Positions 1 to 10,001 of a stretch of DNA of 64,000 bases are shown here, one piece after another. Source of the stretch: Bacteroidales bacterium. GTDB lineage: Bacteria > Bacteroidota > Bacteroidia > Bacteroidales > WCHB1-69. The first letter of the stretch is position 1. Every line of letters starts with the position of its first letter. The position numbers and the translations under genes were made by a program. The notes beneath the pieces were generated by a model. That model was not told the origin of the DNA. It did no database searches and worked only from the letters and a program-made list of their open reading frames with translations. The DNA is taken from contig JBGUPL010000021.1 of the NCBI GenBank assembly GCA_045130275.1, positions 34,010-98,009 of the forward strand, read 5' to 3'.

Positions 1-76
1 CTAAAATAGAAGGGGAATTGAGGATTACCTGTTATTAACTCTTAACAGCCAATAGCCAATAGCTAACAGCCAACAG

Positions 77-718
77 CTAACTAATAATCAGCTCTTGCCA
101 GCGCACTTTCGGCACGTAATGCGTGCCGTTTTCGTTGCGGTAGTAGGCGTGGCTTTCGGTTGCGGAAATATCCGTCAGCTCGATTTTCTCATTGCCTTTC
201 CCAACGGCAAGGATGAGCACGGGCGGGTAGGGGAGCGCGAACGCCTCTTCGATCTTCTTTGCGTTGAAAGCACCGATAATCAGACCGTTATAGCCTAACT
301 CCGTCGCCTTCAGCAGCATGCTTTGCACGGCGATGCCCAAGTCCACGTGCAACATCTTGCTTTCGGGCACGGTGGTGCAGACGATGATGAAGGCTTTCGG
401 CTCGGTGCCGGGAAATGGCAGGTGCAGCTCCGGCAGCATCCCGCCCAACTTGATGTTTTCCAGCACGATGTCGTCGCCGTTGCCTTCCGTTACCAGCTTG
501 AATCGCAGCGCCTGCTGGTTCTTCGCCGACGGCAACAGCGCATTCACCGCCACCATCTTCTCTAATACCGTCTCCGGAACTTTGTACGCCGGATCATACC
601 CGCGATAGCTGCGGTTCTTCTTCAGCAGCGCGTCCAACGACTGCCCCGCGCTTTTATAAACGACCTTCTGTTTGGATCGGTATTCGTCGAATTTGTTCTC
701 GATATAATTGTCAGCCAC
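77..718 (-). CDS. Nitroreductase family protein
   Basis: KNRSYRGY, PSAKNQQ, DLGIAVQSMLLKATELG motifs. Confidence 0.85.
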   Translation of the reverse strand: MADNYIENKFDEYRSKQKVVYKSAGQSLDALLKKNRSYRGYDPAYKVPETVLEKMVAVNALLPSAKNQQALRFKLVTEGNGDDIVLENIKLGGMLPELHLPFPGTEPKAFIIVCTTVPESKMLHVDLGIAVQSMLLKATELGYNGLIIGAFNAKKIEEAFALPYPPVLILAVGKGNEKIELTDISATESHAYYRNENGTHYVPKVRWQELIIS

Positions 719-726
719 GAATTTTG

Positions 727-895
727 GAATTAAGAATTAAAAATTAAGAATTATGAATTAAGAATTAAGAATGATTAGGAAGTCGAAGTCTAAGTCGAAG
801 TCTAAGTTTAAGTCTAAGTTTAAGTTCTAAGTCGAAGTCGAAGTCTAGTTTAAGTTCAAAGTCTCAAGTCTCAAGTCTCAAGTCTCAAGTCTAAG
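727..895. repeat. Composite micro-repeat spacer (AATTAAG)n + (AAGTCT)n/(AAGTCTC)n
   Basis: Direct reading. Confidence 0.9.
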
Positions 896-2651
896 TATGC
901 AACGTCCGTTCTAATTTCGCGATTTCCGCTGCGGCTTTTTGGCAGATGGGGTCGTCAAAGATGTCTGCGGACGGGGTGGGGAACATCGTGTTGGTCTGGC
1001 GGAATTCGGAAGTCAGGTCCTTCTTCCGCTCTTCGATAACCCGCTCGTAGAATCGGATTTGCGCGTCAATGGCTTCCCGGCATAGCGACAGGATGCGCGG
1101 TATGGTGACCTCGCCGTCGCAAAGGTAATCCAAAATGCAAATGGCATCTTGGAAGTGAATGAAAGAGAAGTTCTCGTCCACATATTCCAGTTGCAGTTCA
1201 TGGCTCTCCTTCAACGAAGAGGCGTTGCAGATGGCGGCCCATTGTTCGGTGGTCAGTACGTTGCCGCCCGCGTTAATCCATTGCAGGTCAGTGTTTTCTG
1301 ACAGCTCTATCAAAGTCTCGGGCTTGTTGTGGAAAACGCCTTCTGCTAAAACATAGCAGAGCATCATCTCGCGGTAGGCGGCGACGGCTTCTTTCTCTTT
1401 CAGGATTCGGATCGGCCGGTTGGACATCTCCATTTCCGGGAGTTCCGCTTCGCCCGCGAGGTGGTGGGAGAGCAGCTGGTGATTCCCCATCACGATATGT
1501 ATGGTATCCGGCGCAAGTGGCCGGTAATCATAATATTGCGTGTATTGTTGGCGTTTGTCGCGGTGTTCGTATTTCCACTCGTTGCGCATCATCGCGTAGG
1601 CGTTGTGCATCCACCAGAAGGCGGGCATGATTTCCAAACAGTTGTCCTTTACATTGTTGTTAATCAACGAGAAAGCGAACGGGATGCGCAGCGGTCGCGG
1701 GTAAGCCCCTTTGGCGATGAGGGCGTAGGGCGCGAAGGAGCAAGGGAAAGCCAACGACGTGCAGAGTCCGGGCCAGAACCCGCGTCCGGCGACCATATCG
1801 ACGTCGTTTTTACGGCCGTTATGGTTGGAGCCGAGGGTCGCACCGGCAGCCACATTGCTTTGCCCTTGGATGTGCGTGGCAATCAGGAACGAGTTGCTGT
1901 GGTGTTGCTCGTGGCACGGATAGAGGAACGAATGCCCGATTTCACAGCCCGCGATGTGGCTGTTGTCACCGATGGCGGACTGATAGACACGCGCCCCTTC
2001 GCTGATGCTGACCTGCTGTCCGACCAGGACATTCGACAGGAAAGCGCGGGAGTCGAGGTGTGCCCCGCGATGCACGATGGTGTTGTGCAGGATGACGGAG
2101 GAACCGATATGGGTGGGCTCTTCCGTCGCGGAGTCGATGTGGGCGTGCTTGATTTCGCAACAGCCCGACAGTATGGCGTTCGATTCAATGTGGGTGTTAT
2201 GGATGGCGGTGACGTTTTCAATGGTCACGTTCTCGCCGATACGGCCCATGGTTTCGGGCTCGGTGTCAGCGTAAAGATTCGGTTTTCCGGTATATAAAGC
2301 GCAGAAAACATCCGTGCTGTTCATGCCGGGCACAGCAGTGACGGTGTGTCGTCCGTCTTCGTTGCAGAGTTCCAGCGGGTAGGAGAATTGTTCTTCAGAG
2401 AAGGTAAGGGATCCGATGTTTGAGAGGCGGGCGTTTGAGCAGATATGATAATTCTCAATGTGCAAAATATTGGACATCAGAACATTGTCCTCAATTCTGA
2501 TTGTCCCATGAAAATGGCAGTTGTGTATGCCTACAATAGAAAAAGTGCAGGCGACTGAAATTTGCCTCCAGTCGTCTGCACTGTTGTTTTGCCGAATCAG
2601 CTGACTGATTTCAGCTTCTGTGAGCGGTCGCCACATAGTGTTATTCGTCAT
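891..2651 (-). CDS. DUF4954 family protein (left-handed beta-helix repeats)
   Basis: HEQHHSNSFLIA, GATLGSNHN, GRGFWPGLC, IMPAFWWMHNAYA motifs. Confidence 0.8.
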   Translation of the reverse strand: MTNNTMWRPLTEAEISQLIRQNNSADDWRQISVACTFSIVGIHNCHFHGTIRIEDNVLMSNILHIENYHICSNARLSNIGSLTFSEEQFSYPLELCNEDGRHTVTAVPGMNSTDVFCALYTGKPNLYADTEPETMGRIGENVTIENVTAIHNTHIESNAILSGCCEIKHAHIDSATEEPTHIGSSVILHNTIVHRGAHLDSRAFLSNVLVGQQVSISEGARVYQSAIGDNSHIAGCEIGHSFLYPCHEQHHSNSFLIATHIQGQSNVAAGATLGSNHNGRKNDVDMVAGRGFWPGLCTSLAFPCSFAPYALIAKGAYPRPLRIPFAFSLINNNVKDNCLEIMPAFWWMHNAYAMMRNEWKYEHRDKRQQYTQYYDYRPLAPDTIHIVMGNHQLLSHHLAGEAELPEMEMSNRPIRILKEKEAVAAYREMMLCYVLAEGVFHNKPETLIELSENTDLQWINAGGNVLTTEQWAAICNASSLKESHELQLEYVDENFSFIHFQDAICILDYLCDGEVTIPRILSLCREAIDAQIRFYERVIEERKKDLTSEFRQTNTMFPTPSADIFDDPICQKAAAEIAKLERTLHT

Positions 2652-3348
2652 CTTCGCCGAGACCGCCGAGCATCTGTTTCAGATCTTCAGGAGCATCCTT
2701 GATGTCCTTGGCATCGGACGGCAAGAGGAAAGCCGAGGGCTTCAGTTTCTTGTCGGGGGTGACCTTGGTTGCGGTGGTGATAATGGTGACGTTTTCGCCG
2801 TTCATTTCCGTCTTCACCTCGGTGGAAAGCGGATAACCCTTCAAGTCAGGATGGTCGAAAGCGTTGATCTCGTCACCGAGTCCCAGTTCGTTGGTGACCC
2901 AGAGAACGACGGAGCTTTCCTCATCCGTTTCAAGATCCGTGACCGTCACGTTGACTTTCTTGCAGTTGTAGCCGGCGATGGTTTTCGTCTCTTCGGTGTA
3001 TTGGTAATCGTATTTCTGGGTGCTTTTCTTTTTCTCCAGATCTTCTTGTTTTTTCTGGATGTAATACTTGCCGTAGCCAGGAATACCCAGAATGATCGTA
3101 TAGGTCTTGTTGTTGCCGTTAACGATGGTTGTCATGTCGATACCCACGTTCATATCCGTACGGTAGCAGTTGCCCATGACGGTGTACTCCACGGATTGTT
3201 CTGCCAATTCTGCAGCGACGTTGGGATCTGAGATACCTTCAGCGGACACCTCGAAGGTGATTTTGCCTGCGAAAGGCTTTTGTGCGAAAGCGCTCACACT
3301 GGCGATCATCATCGCGATGATGGCGAATAAACGGATTGTTCTTTTCAT
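2641..3348 (-). CDS. Secreted DUF4412/GLPGLI-like protein
   Basis: Signal peptide; ETKTIAGYNCKK motif. Confidence 0.7.
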   Translation of the reverse strand: MKRTIRLFAIIAMMIASVSAFAQKPFAGKITFEVSAEGISDPNVAAELAEQSVEYTVMGNCYRTDMNVGIDMTTIVNGNNKTYTIILGIPGYGKYYIQKKQEDLEKKKSTQKYDYQYTEETKTIAGYNCKKVNVTVTDLETDEESSVVLWVTNELGLGDEINAFDHPDLKGYPLSTEVKTEMNGENVTIITTATKVTPDKKLKPSAFLLPSDAKDIKDAPEDLKQMLGGLGEDDE

Positions 3349-3445
3349 TTTTCTACTTATTTTTTTGTTAATACTTTTGCGAAATCAATTCAAACCGCAA
3401 AGATACATTTTTTATTAAATGGTTTAAATAGAGGGGTGAATTTTT

Positions 3446-3622
3446 GACTTGGACTTAGACTATGACTTAGACTATGACTTGGATTTAGATTATGACTTAA
3501 ACTTAGACTATGACTTAGACTTAAACTTAGACTATGGTTTAAGTCATAGTTATTAGTTATAGTCATTAGTCATAGCCATAGTTATTAGTCATAGTTATTA
3601 GTCAGTAGTCATAGTCATTGTC
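3446..3622. repeat. Micro-repeat spacer (GACTTA/GACTAT)n followed by its approximate inverse (AGTCAT)n
   Basis: Direct reading. Confidence 0.9.
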
Positions 3623-3688
3623 ACCTGACATACAATAATTCTCCAATTGTGCCGTTATTCGACCGTTTTACAAACTAAAAAGATAAAT

Positions 3689-5248
3689 ATGAATACAAAG
3701 ATTTTATGGGCGGATGATGAGATTGATTTGTTGAAACCGCATATCATGTTTTTGCAGACAAAAGGTTACGATGTGATTCCCGCGATGAGTGGTATGGAGG
3801 CGCTAGAAATTCTGAAAAAGGAGTTCGTGAATATCATTTTTCTGGATGAGAACATGCCCGGGCTGAGCGGATTGGAGACGCTGCAACGACTCAAAAAGGA
3901 CTATCCGCACATCCCCATTGTGATGATCACCAAGAGCGAGGAGGAGCACATTATGGAGGACGCCATCGGTTCCAACATTGCCGACTACCTTATCAAACCT
4001 GTGAACCCCAACCAGATATTGTTGTGCCTGAAAAAGAACATCGACAACAAGAAGTTGGTGAGCGAAAAGGTGACCAGCAACTACCAGCAGTCTTTCCGCG
4101 AGCTTTCCATGCGCATCTCCGACCGTTTGAGTGTGCAAGAGTGGGATGAACTGTACAAGGAATTGGTTCGTTGGGAACTCCAGATTGAAAAGATTGAGGA
4201 TGAGAGCATTACGGAGATGTTGACGGCGCAGAAGGAGGAAGCCAATGTCCAGTTCTCCAAATTTGTGCAGCGCAACTACCTCGACTGGGTGAACGGCCGC
4301 ACCGAGGACAAACCGCTACAGTCGCACACTGTGCTGAAGGAGAAGCTGTTTCCAGCGCTCAACGACCAGAAGAGCACTTTCTTGTTTGTGATCGACAATC
4401 TGCGTTACGACCAGTGGCGGAGCATCTATCCGCTGATTCACGACTACTACTACATCCAAGACGAGAGCATCTGCTACAGCATCTTGCCCACGGCGACGCA
4501 TTATGCCCGCAATGCGCTGTTCTCAGGTCTGATGCCTTCGGTGATTGCCAAGAAATACCCCAACTATTGGCTTAACGAGAACGACGCCGGCAGCAAAAAC
4601 CAGTATGAGGAGCAGTTGTTAGGTGAATATTTGAAACGATACGGCAAAAATATCAAATATTCATACCACAAGATTCTGAATGCCGATTATGGCAAAAAGG
4701 TGTTCGACGGTTTCCACCAGATGCTGAACAATCCGCTGAATGTCATTGTCTTCAACTTTGTCGATATGCTCTCGCATGCGGGTACGGATGTGAATGTGGT
4801 CCGCGAGCTGGCCGACGACGAGAAGTCCTACCGCAGCGTAACGGCCTCATGGTTCGCCAACTCCGTGCTGTTCGATATGATCAAGTGGCTGTCTGAAAGA
4901 AAGATACCGGTCATGATCACCACTGACCACGGGACCATAAAAGTTGACCGCGCCTTGAAGATGGTGGGTGAGCGCGATCTGAACACGAACCTCCGCTACA
5001 AGGTGGGGCGCAGCAGCATGGACTACCCGGCCAAGGAGGTCTTCGAGATCAAGAACCCTGACGACGCGTTCCTCCCGAAGGAGAATATGACGCAACGGTT
5101 CATATTTGCCACCAAATCAGACTTTTTCGCATACCAGAACAATTTCAACCAGTACGTGAACCTCTACAAGAACACCTTCCAGCACGGCGGCATCTCCATG
5201 GAGGAGATGATGATCCCGTTCGTGACGCTGGCGCCGAAGAACAGTTAA
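3689..5248 (+). CDS. porX: T9SS response regulator PorX (receiver + PglZ domain)
   Basis: ILWADDEIDLLKPH, LDENMPG, IDNLRYDQW, TTDHG, FQHGGISMEEM. Confidence 0.9.
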   Translation: MNTKILWADDEIDLLKPHIMFLQTKGYDVIPAMSGMEALEILKKEFVNIIFLDENMPGLSGLETLQRLKKDYPHIPIVMITKSEEEHIMEDAIGSNIADYLIKPVNPNQILLCLKKNIDNKKLVSEKVTSNYQQSFRELSMRISDRLSVQEWDELYKELVRWELQIEKIEDESITEMLTAQKEEANVQFSKFVQRNYLDWVNGRTEDKPLQSHTVLKEKLFPALNDQKSTFLFVIDNLRYDQWRSIYPLIHDYYYIQDESICYSILPTATHYARNALFSGLMPSVIAKKYPNYWLNENDAGSKNQYEEQLLGEYLKRYGKNIKYSYHKILNADYGKKVFDGFHQMLNNPLNVIVFNFVDMLSHAGTDVNVVRELADDEKSYRSVTASWFANSVLFDMIKWLSERKIPVMITTDHGTIKVDRALKMVGERDLNTNLRYKVGRSSMDYPAKEVFEIKNPDDAFLPKENMTQRFIFATKSDFFAYQNNFNQYVNLYKNTFQHGGISMEEMMIPFVTLAPKNS

Positions 5249-5308
5249 GACGGAACAGGCCCCAAAGGAACGACAGAGGTCAGGTTATTCCTAAGCAATT
5301 TTAAAGAT

Positions 5309-5339
5309 GAAAAAAAACGCCCGAATCGGGCGTTTTTTT
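5309..5339. terminator. Bidirectional intrinsic terminator
   Basis: A-tract CGCCCG AAT CGGGCG T-tract between convergent porX and tRNA. Confidence 0.85.
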
Positions 5340-5340
5340 G

Positions 5341-5430
5341 TGGCGGAAAGTACAGGATTCGAACCTGTGAGAGCTTTTACACCCTGGCGGTTTTCGAAAC
5401 CGCTGCCTTCAGCCGCTCGGCCAACTTTCC
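5341..5430 (-). tRNA. tRNA-Ser (anticodon CGA), CCA encoded
   Basis: Reverse complement GGAAAGTTGGCCGAGCGG..GCGGT-TTCGAAA-ACCGC, long variable arm, GGTTCGAATCC..CCA. Confidence 0.95.
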
Positions 5431-5512
5431 TTTCTCAAATGAGCGCGCAAAAATACATTTTTTTTCGGTATCTCTGAGGATACATGGTTCTTTTTTTTCT
5501 TTTTCGTTTTTA

Positions 5513-5650
5513 AGGCAAAAGGCAAAAGGCAAAAGGCAATAGGCAATAGGCAATAGCAATAGGCAGGCAATAGTGAACAGTGAATGGAGAGTAGTCTAAG
5601 TCATTTGTCTATGTTTAAAAGCCAAAAGCCAACAGCTAACAGCCAATAGC
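5513..5650. repeat. (AGGCAAA/AGGCAAT)n and (AGCCAAC/AGCTAAC)n arrays
   Basis: Direct reading. Confidence 0.88.
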
Positions 5651-5690
5651 AAAAAACGCAGTCCCGGGAAAGTCCAGAACTGCGTTTTTA
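5651..5690 (-). terminator. Intrinsic terminator after pepD
   Basis: AAAAAACGCAGT...ACTGCGTTTTT inverted repeat. Confidence 0.7.
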
Positions 5691-5712
5691 GTTAATAATT
5701 CCGAAAAACGGA

Positions 5713-7167
5713 CTACTTCACGTTCTTCAGCACCTCCACGAGGAAGTCGTAAAATTTGCCGACGCTTTCGATGTTGACGCGCTCGACGGGGGAGTGCGGG
5801 TGCTCGATGGTCGGGCCGAAGGAGACCATATCCCAATCGGGATAGCAGACGCCGAAGAGGCCGCATTCCAGACCGGCGTGGATGGCCATCACTTTGGGTT
5901 CGTTGCCGTATTTCTCCTTATAGACCTTCATGCAGGTGTTCATGATCGGGCTCTGCATGTTGGGGTTCCAACCGGGATAGGCGCCGGTGAGCTCGATGCC
6001 GCATTCAGCGAGTTCGGCGATGGCGACCATCTTCTCACCCAGAGCCTCTTTCGCGCTGTTCACGCTGCTGCGCAACAGGCACTTGGCGCTCATCTCACCG
6101 TTTTCGGCGATGAAGTTGGCCAGGTTGTTGGAGGTTTCCACCAAGCCGGGCATGGAGTCGCTCATGCGCTGCACGCCGTTCGGGATGGCGAAAATCATGT
6201 TCAGGAACTGGCAAAGGGCTTTGGGCTCAATGACTTGTGCGGGGGCGTCCTCGGCCGTCACGGTGAGGCTGAGACCTTCCTCGGTGAGGGCGAACTCTTT
6301 CTTCACGACCGCCTCGAATTCCTTGGCAAAGGCCTCGAACTCAGCGGCTTTCGCGGCAGGAACGGTCAGAATGGCCGTGGCCTCGCGCGGGATGGCGTTG
6401 CGCAGACCACCGCCGTTGATGCAGGCGACACAGCCGCCGAAGTCGCGGACGGTCTTCTGCAGGAAGCGCGTGGCGATCTTATTGGCGTTGGCACGGCCGA
6501 GGTTGATGTCCATGCCGGAGTGACCGCCGTGCAGACCGGTGACGAAGAGCTTGTAACCCTTCATGCCAGCGGGCGTGGCGACGGTGGTGTAGGTGCGGTG
6601 GAAGTTGGCGTCCAGACCGCCGGCGCAGCCCACGTAGAGCTCGCCTTCCGTCTCGGAGTCAAGGTTGATGAGGATCTTGCCTTTCACGAAGCCGGGCTTC
6701 AGACCGAAGGCGCCGGTCATGCCGGTCTCCTCATCGATGGTGACGAGCACCTCGATGGGGCCGTGCTGGCAATTCGGGTCGGTGATGGCGGCCAGAGCGG
6801 CGGCCACGCCGATGCCGTCGTCAGCACCCAGAGTGGTCTTGTTGGCGCGCACCCAGCCATTGTCGATGATCGGCTCGATGGGGTCGGTCAGGAAGTCGTG
6901 TGCCTTGTCGCTGTCGGCTTGCGGCACCATGTCGCAGTGGGCCTGCAGCACGACGGGCGTGCGGTTCTCGAAGCCAGGAGTGGCGGGGACGGTGAACAGC
7001 AGGTTGCCGGTCTCGTCTTGCACCACGGGGATGTTGTTCTCTTTAGCCCATTCCTTGTACCATTTCACCACGGCAGTCTCGTGCTTGGAAGGGTGCGGGG
7101 CGTCGCAAATGTGTCCGAAAATGTCCCATAATCCTTTGGGATACAGATTCAAAAGTTCTTGATTCAT
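5713..7167 (-). CDS. pepD: Aminoacyl-histidine dipeptidase (M20)
   Basis: LQAHCDMV, TTLGADDGIG, DEETGMTGA, HAGLECG. Confidence 0.93.
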   Translation of the reverse strand: MNQELLNLYPKGLWDIFGHICDAPHPSKHETAVVKWYKEWAKENNIPVVQDETGNLLFTVPATPGFENRTPVVLQAHCDMVPQADSDKAHDFLTDPIEPIIDNGWVRANKTTLGADDGIGVAAALAAITDPNCQHGPIEVLVTIDEETGMTGAFGLKPGFVKGKILINLDSETEGELYVGCAGGLDANFHRTYTTVATPAGMKGYKLFVTGLHGGHSGMDINLGRANANKIATRFLQKTVRDFGGCVACINGGGLRNAIPREATAILTVPAAKAAEFEAFAKEFEAVVKKEFALTEEGLSLTVTAEDAPAQVIEPKALCQFLNMIFAIPNGVQRMSDSMPGLVETSNNLANFIAENGEMSAKCLLRSSVNSAKEALGEKMVAIAELAECGIELTGAYPGWNPNMQSPIMNTCMKVYKEKYGNEPKVMAIHAGLECGLFGVCYPDWDMVSFGPTIEHPHSPVERVNIESVGKFYDFLVEVLKNVK

Positions 7168-7247
7168 TGTTTTTTCCTTTTATGTTTGATTAATATTTGT
7201 ATTTCGACCAAAGAGCTGCAAAGATACGTTTTTTTTGTGAACAGCAA

Positions 7248-8054
7248 TTACCACTCGTTCTCCTCAAATATCTCCAGAATTTCGATATGGCCCGGGTGGT
7301 ACCGGAATTTCGCGATGGTGGTCGGGGTGGTGAACTCACCTTCCTCGCAACCGCTGATGATGAGCGAATATTCCGTGCCGTCCTTCATGTTGTTCTCCAT
7401 GGCGAAGTCCCATTCGACCGGTCCCTGCGAGTATAACATCTCCATGAACCCGTATTCCAGATACATCCCTGCCAACGAGTACAAGTAGTATGTAGCGGTG
7501 CCGTAGTCATCGTATATTAGGTCGCTTTCTATGAACTGCCAAAAATAAGTGAGGTTGTTGTCGGACGGGGTGATGGTCAGAACTTCTCCTTCGAAATCGA
7601 TGTCGAAATTGAGGTCGCGTTCAGGAACCGGTTTGGTGCGAAACTCAGTGACGACTGGGTTCCCGAGAATCTCGTGTGTTTCAGGGTGGATTTGGAACAC
7701 GATGAACTTGAAATCGGTGTCGTCGTAAATCGCATCCAGGTTGATTTGCCTGCTGCCGCGGTAACAGAATGCATCCAGAAAATCGCCGCTCTGAAGTTGG
7801 GAAAAGGCATCCTCCATGGCATGGATCTCCTCTAAGCAGACTTCATATTCTGGCGCATTGTAGTTCTCTTCTTTCGAACTCACGAGGACGTAGGAATAGT
7901 AGGCGTTGGTGTTCGCCGGCACCACGGTGAAACGAGCCCGGGATCCGGTCGCCGATTCCAACTTTACTTTTATCTCAGTGGGGTGGGTGTCCTCCTGTTG
8001 GCAGCCGGCAAGCAGCAACAAACTCAGGATAAGGAGTGTGAATGTTCGTTTCAT
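7248..8054 (-). CDS. Hypothetical lipoprotein
   Basis: Lipobox LAGC after hydrophobic signal. Confidence 0.7.
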   Translation of the reverse strand: MKRTFTLLILSLLLLAGCQQEDTHPTEIKVKLESATGSRARFTVVPANTNAYYSYVLVSSKEENYNAPEYEVCLEEIHAMEDAFSQLQSGDFLDAFCYRGSRQINLDAIYDDTDFKFIVFQIHPETHEILGNPVVTEFRTKPVPERDLNFDIDFEGEVLTITPSDNNLTYFWQFIESDLIYDDYGTATYYLYSLAGMYLEYGFMEMLYSQGPVEWDFAMENNMKDGTEYSLIISGCEEGEFTTPTTIAKFRYHPGHIEILEIFEENEW

Positions 8055-8064
8055 AATGTTCAGT

Positions 8065-9273
8065 TTATAGGGCTTGGGATACTATGAGGATGAATTTTAC
8101 CGCCCCGGATTGGTGGTTGCCGTAGTGGTCGAAGTCGTATGTGATATCGTTCCCTTTGAAATATTCCTCGGCTTTGAGCGCGTTGACAAAAGGCACCGTG
8201 TTGTCGTCCATGCTGTGGAAGATATAGACGGGGGCGCGGGGGGTGAACAATAAAATGGAATTCCACATCAATGTCCGGTATAGCTTTGCTGTCTGCGGAC
8301 TGCTCTTGTCGCGTCCCTCTTCGGTCATCAGGTCGCTGACAGCCGAGGCATTCAGCATGGCGTTGATTTCACCTACAGAGTATAACTTGGAGTTTATCCA
8401 ATCGTCAATGTGCTCCATCAGAATCGGCTTGAAAAAGTCACTGAGATTCAACCCCAGATTGTCGCCTTCATTGACTCCTTGCACAATCATGGGTATCGCG
8501 CAGGGGATTCCGGTCTTGTCTTCCAGCATGGTTATGTCAAACGTGGCTGCCAAGTCGTAAGGGCCGCCGCCAGCGAACGCTGCTTTAATGGGCAACTCCT
8601 TAGAGAACTCGTCCTGCAGGATTTTCATCACCCCCAAAGTGGTGGATCCCCCCTGGGAGTAGCCGACTAAGATCACCTCGTCGCTCTCGGGCTTCCGGTC
8701 GATGGCGTTCAGGTAGGGTTTCACGGCCAGGGCCATATCCACCACGCTGCGGGCGGTGCTCTCGATGTGCATATAGGGGTGTATGCGATTCGATGTGACG
8801 CCGTATCCAATGTAGTCCGCCATCACCACGGCATATCCTTTCGCCGCCAGGATGCCTTCCAACTGGAAACTCTCCGACGGGCACTCGCGGTTGGCGCCGA
8901 TGGTCCAGTGGCTCACGAGTATCATGTTCTTTATTTTGCCTTTGGCAGGAAGCAACACCTTGCCCGACAACGTGATGGGGGTTCCGTCCAAGTCGTGGCC
9001 GGTATAGGTGCCCGCAATCTGTATCACTTTGTTGCTTTTAACCGTTTCTGTCAGATTCACCACCAAGTCTGTCAAGGAGACACTGGCCACTTTCGCGTCT
9101 TCGTCACCCAACTCCATGGTGCGGATTTCAGGGTTCAGCGCTCCGTTCACAATCACGTCGCTGTATTTGACGTTCGTCACATGGAAAGTGTCGAAATCCA
9201 CGATTTCGATTTTCGGTTTCTGGCAGGCTGTCAGAAAAATAGCTGCGAGACAGGTGAAGATCCACTTATTCAT
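8065..9273 (-). CDS. Secretory lipase-family alpha/beta hydrolase lipoprotein
   Basis: Lipobox LTAC; DYIGYG, GYSQGG nucleophile elbow, HSMDDNTVP. Confidence 0.8.
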   Translation of the reverse strand: MNKWIFTCLAAIFLTACQKPKIEIVDFDTFHVTNVKYSDVIVNGALNPEIRTMELGDEDAKVASVSLTDLVVNLTETVKSNKVIQIAGTYTGHDLDGTPITLSGKVLLPAKGKIKNMILVSHWTIGANRECPSESFQLEGILAAKGYAVVMADYIGYGVTSNRIHPYMHIESTARSVVDMALAVKPYLNAIDRKPESDEVILVGYSQGGSTTLGVMKILQDEFSKELPIKAAFAGGGPYDLAATFDITMLEDKTGIPCAIPMIVQGVNEGDNLGLNLSDFFKPILMEHIDDWINSKLYSVGEINAMLNASAVSDLMTEEGRDKSSPQTAKLYRTLMWNSILLFTPRAPVYIFHSMDDNTVPFVNALKAEEYFKGNDITYDFDHYGNHQSGAVKFILIVSQAL

Positions 9274-9278
9274 ACTCT

Positions 9279-9956
9279 TTACCATTTATAATAGACACTG
9301 AACGAAAGAATACGTGAAAAAGCTTGGTAGATGGTGAGTTTGTTGGCTATGGCATTGAGGGATCCCACCTCGAGAGTGCCGCCCCACGGGCCTTTGCCCA
9401 CCTCCATGCCAATCCAGTTCAGGTTGAAAGCCGGAGCCGCACCGAAGCCGCCGGAGTTGTCGAAAGCAAGGAGCACGCCGACGCCGAAACCCGAATAGAT
9501 TCTCACCCACTCACGCTCAAAGTAGGTGAAGCGTGCCGTCAGCAACAGGTCAAGGTCCCAATTCCTGATTTTTGCCGTTGGGGAAACCTGGTTGTGGTAC
9601 CTGTCGAAGGTGGCCTTCTTCCAGAAGATGCCCTCCAGGTCGGCTTGAAGCCCTATGCTTGTCACCGTGGTCAGCCTGTACTGGTATTCGGCGAAGAGAT
9701 GCCCGGTATAACCGAAGTCGAAGGTCTCGTCGTGCCTGTAGTCGGCCGGCAGGACGTCGGGGTTGGCCCACATGCCACTCAGGTTTGGACGAAAGACTGC
9801 CGACTCGTAAATCATGTCTCCCCAGCCGATTCTCACGATGTGCCTGTTGCCCAACGACGGCTTTTCATCCTGGCAGAAGGCCGAGGGCAAAGCCAACACG
9901 GAAAGAAACAGGAATATGGCTAATGTCTTTTTCATTTCTTGCGACATTTTTTTCAA
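9279..9956 (-). CDS. Outer-membrane beta-barrel protein
   Basis: Signal peptide, alternating beta strands, C-terminal YKW. Confidence 0.65.
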   Translation of the reverse strand: MKKMSQEMKKTLAIFLFLSVLALPSAFCQDEKPSLGNRHIVRIGWGDMIYESAVFRPNLSGMWANPDVLPADYRHDETFDFGYTGHLFAEYQYRLTTVTSIGLQADLEGIFWKKATFDRYHNQVSPTAKIRNWDLDLLLTARFTYFEREWVRIYSGFGVGVLLAFDNSGGFGAAPAFNLNWIGMEVGKGPWGGTLEVGSLNAIANKLTIYQAFSRILSFSVYYKW

Positions 9957-10001
9957 AAAACACGCTGTAAAAATACATTTTTTTTTAATACGAGAAAAAC
10001 T

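Noticed and set aside
5341-5430. tRNA-Ser as integration site
   Set aside because: No integrase or duplicated tRNA 3' end seen; flanks are housekeeping genes.
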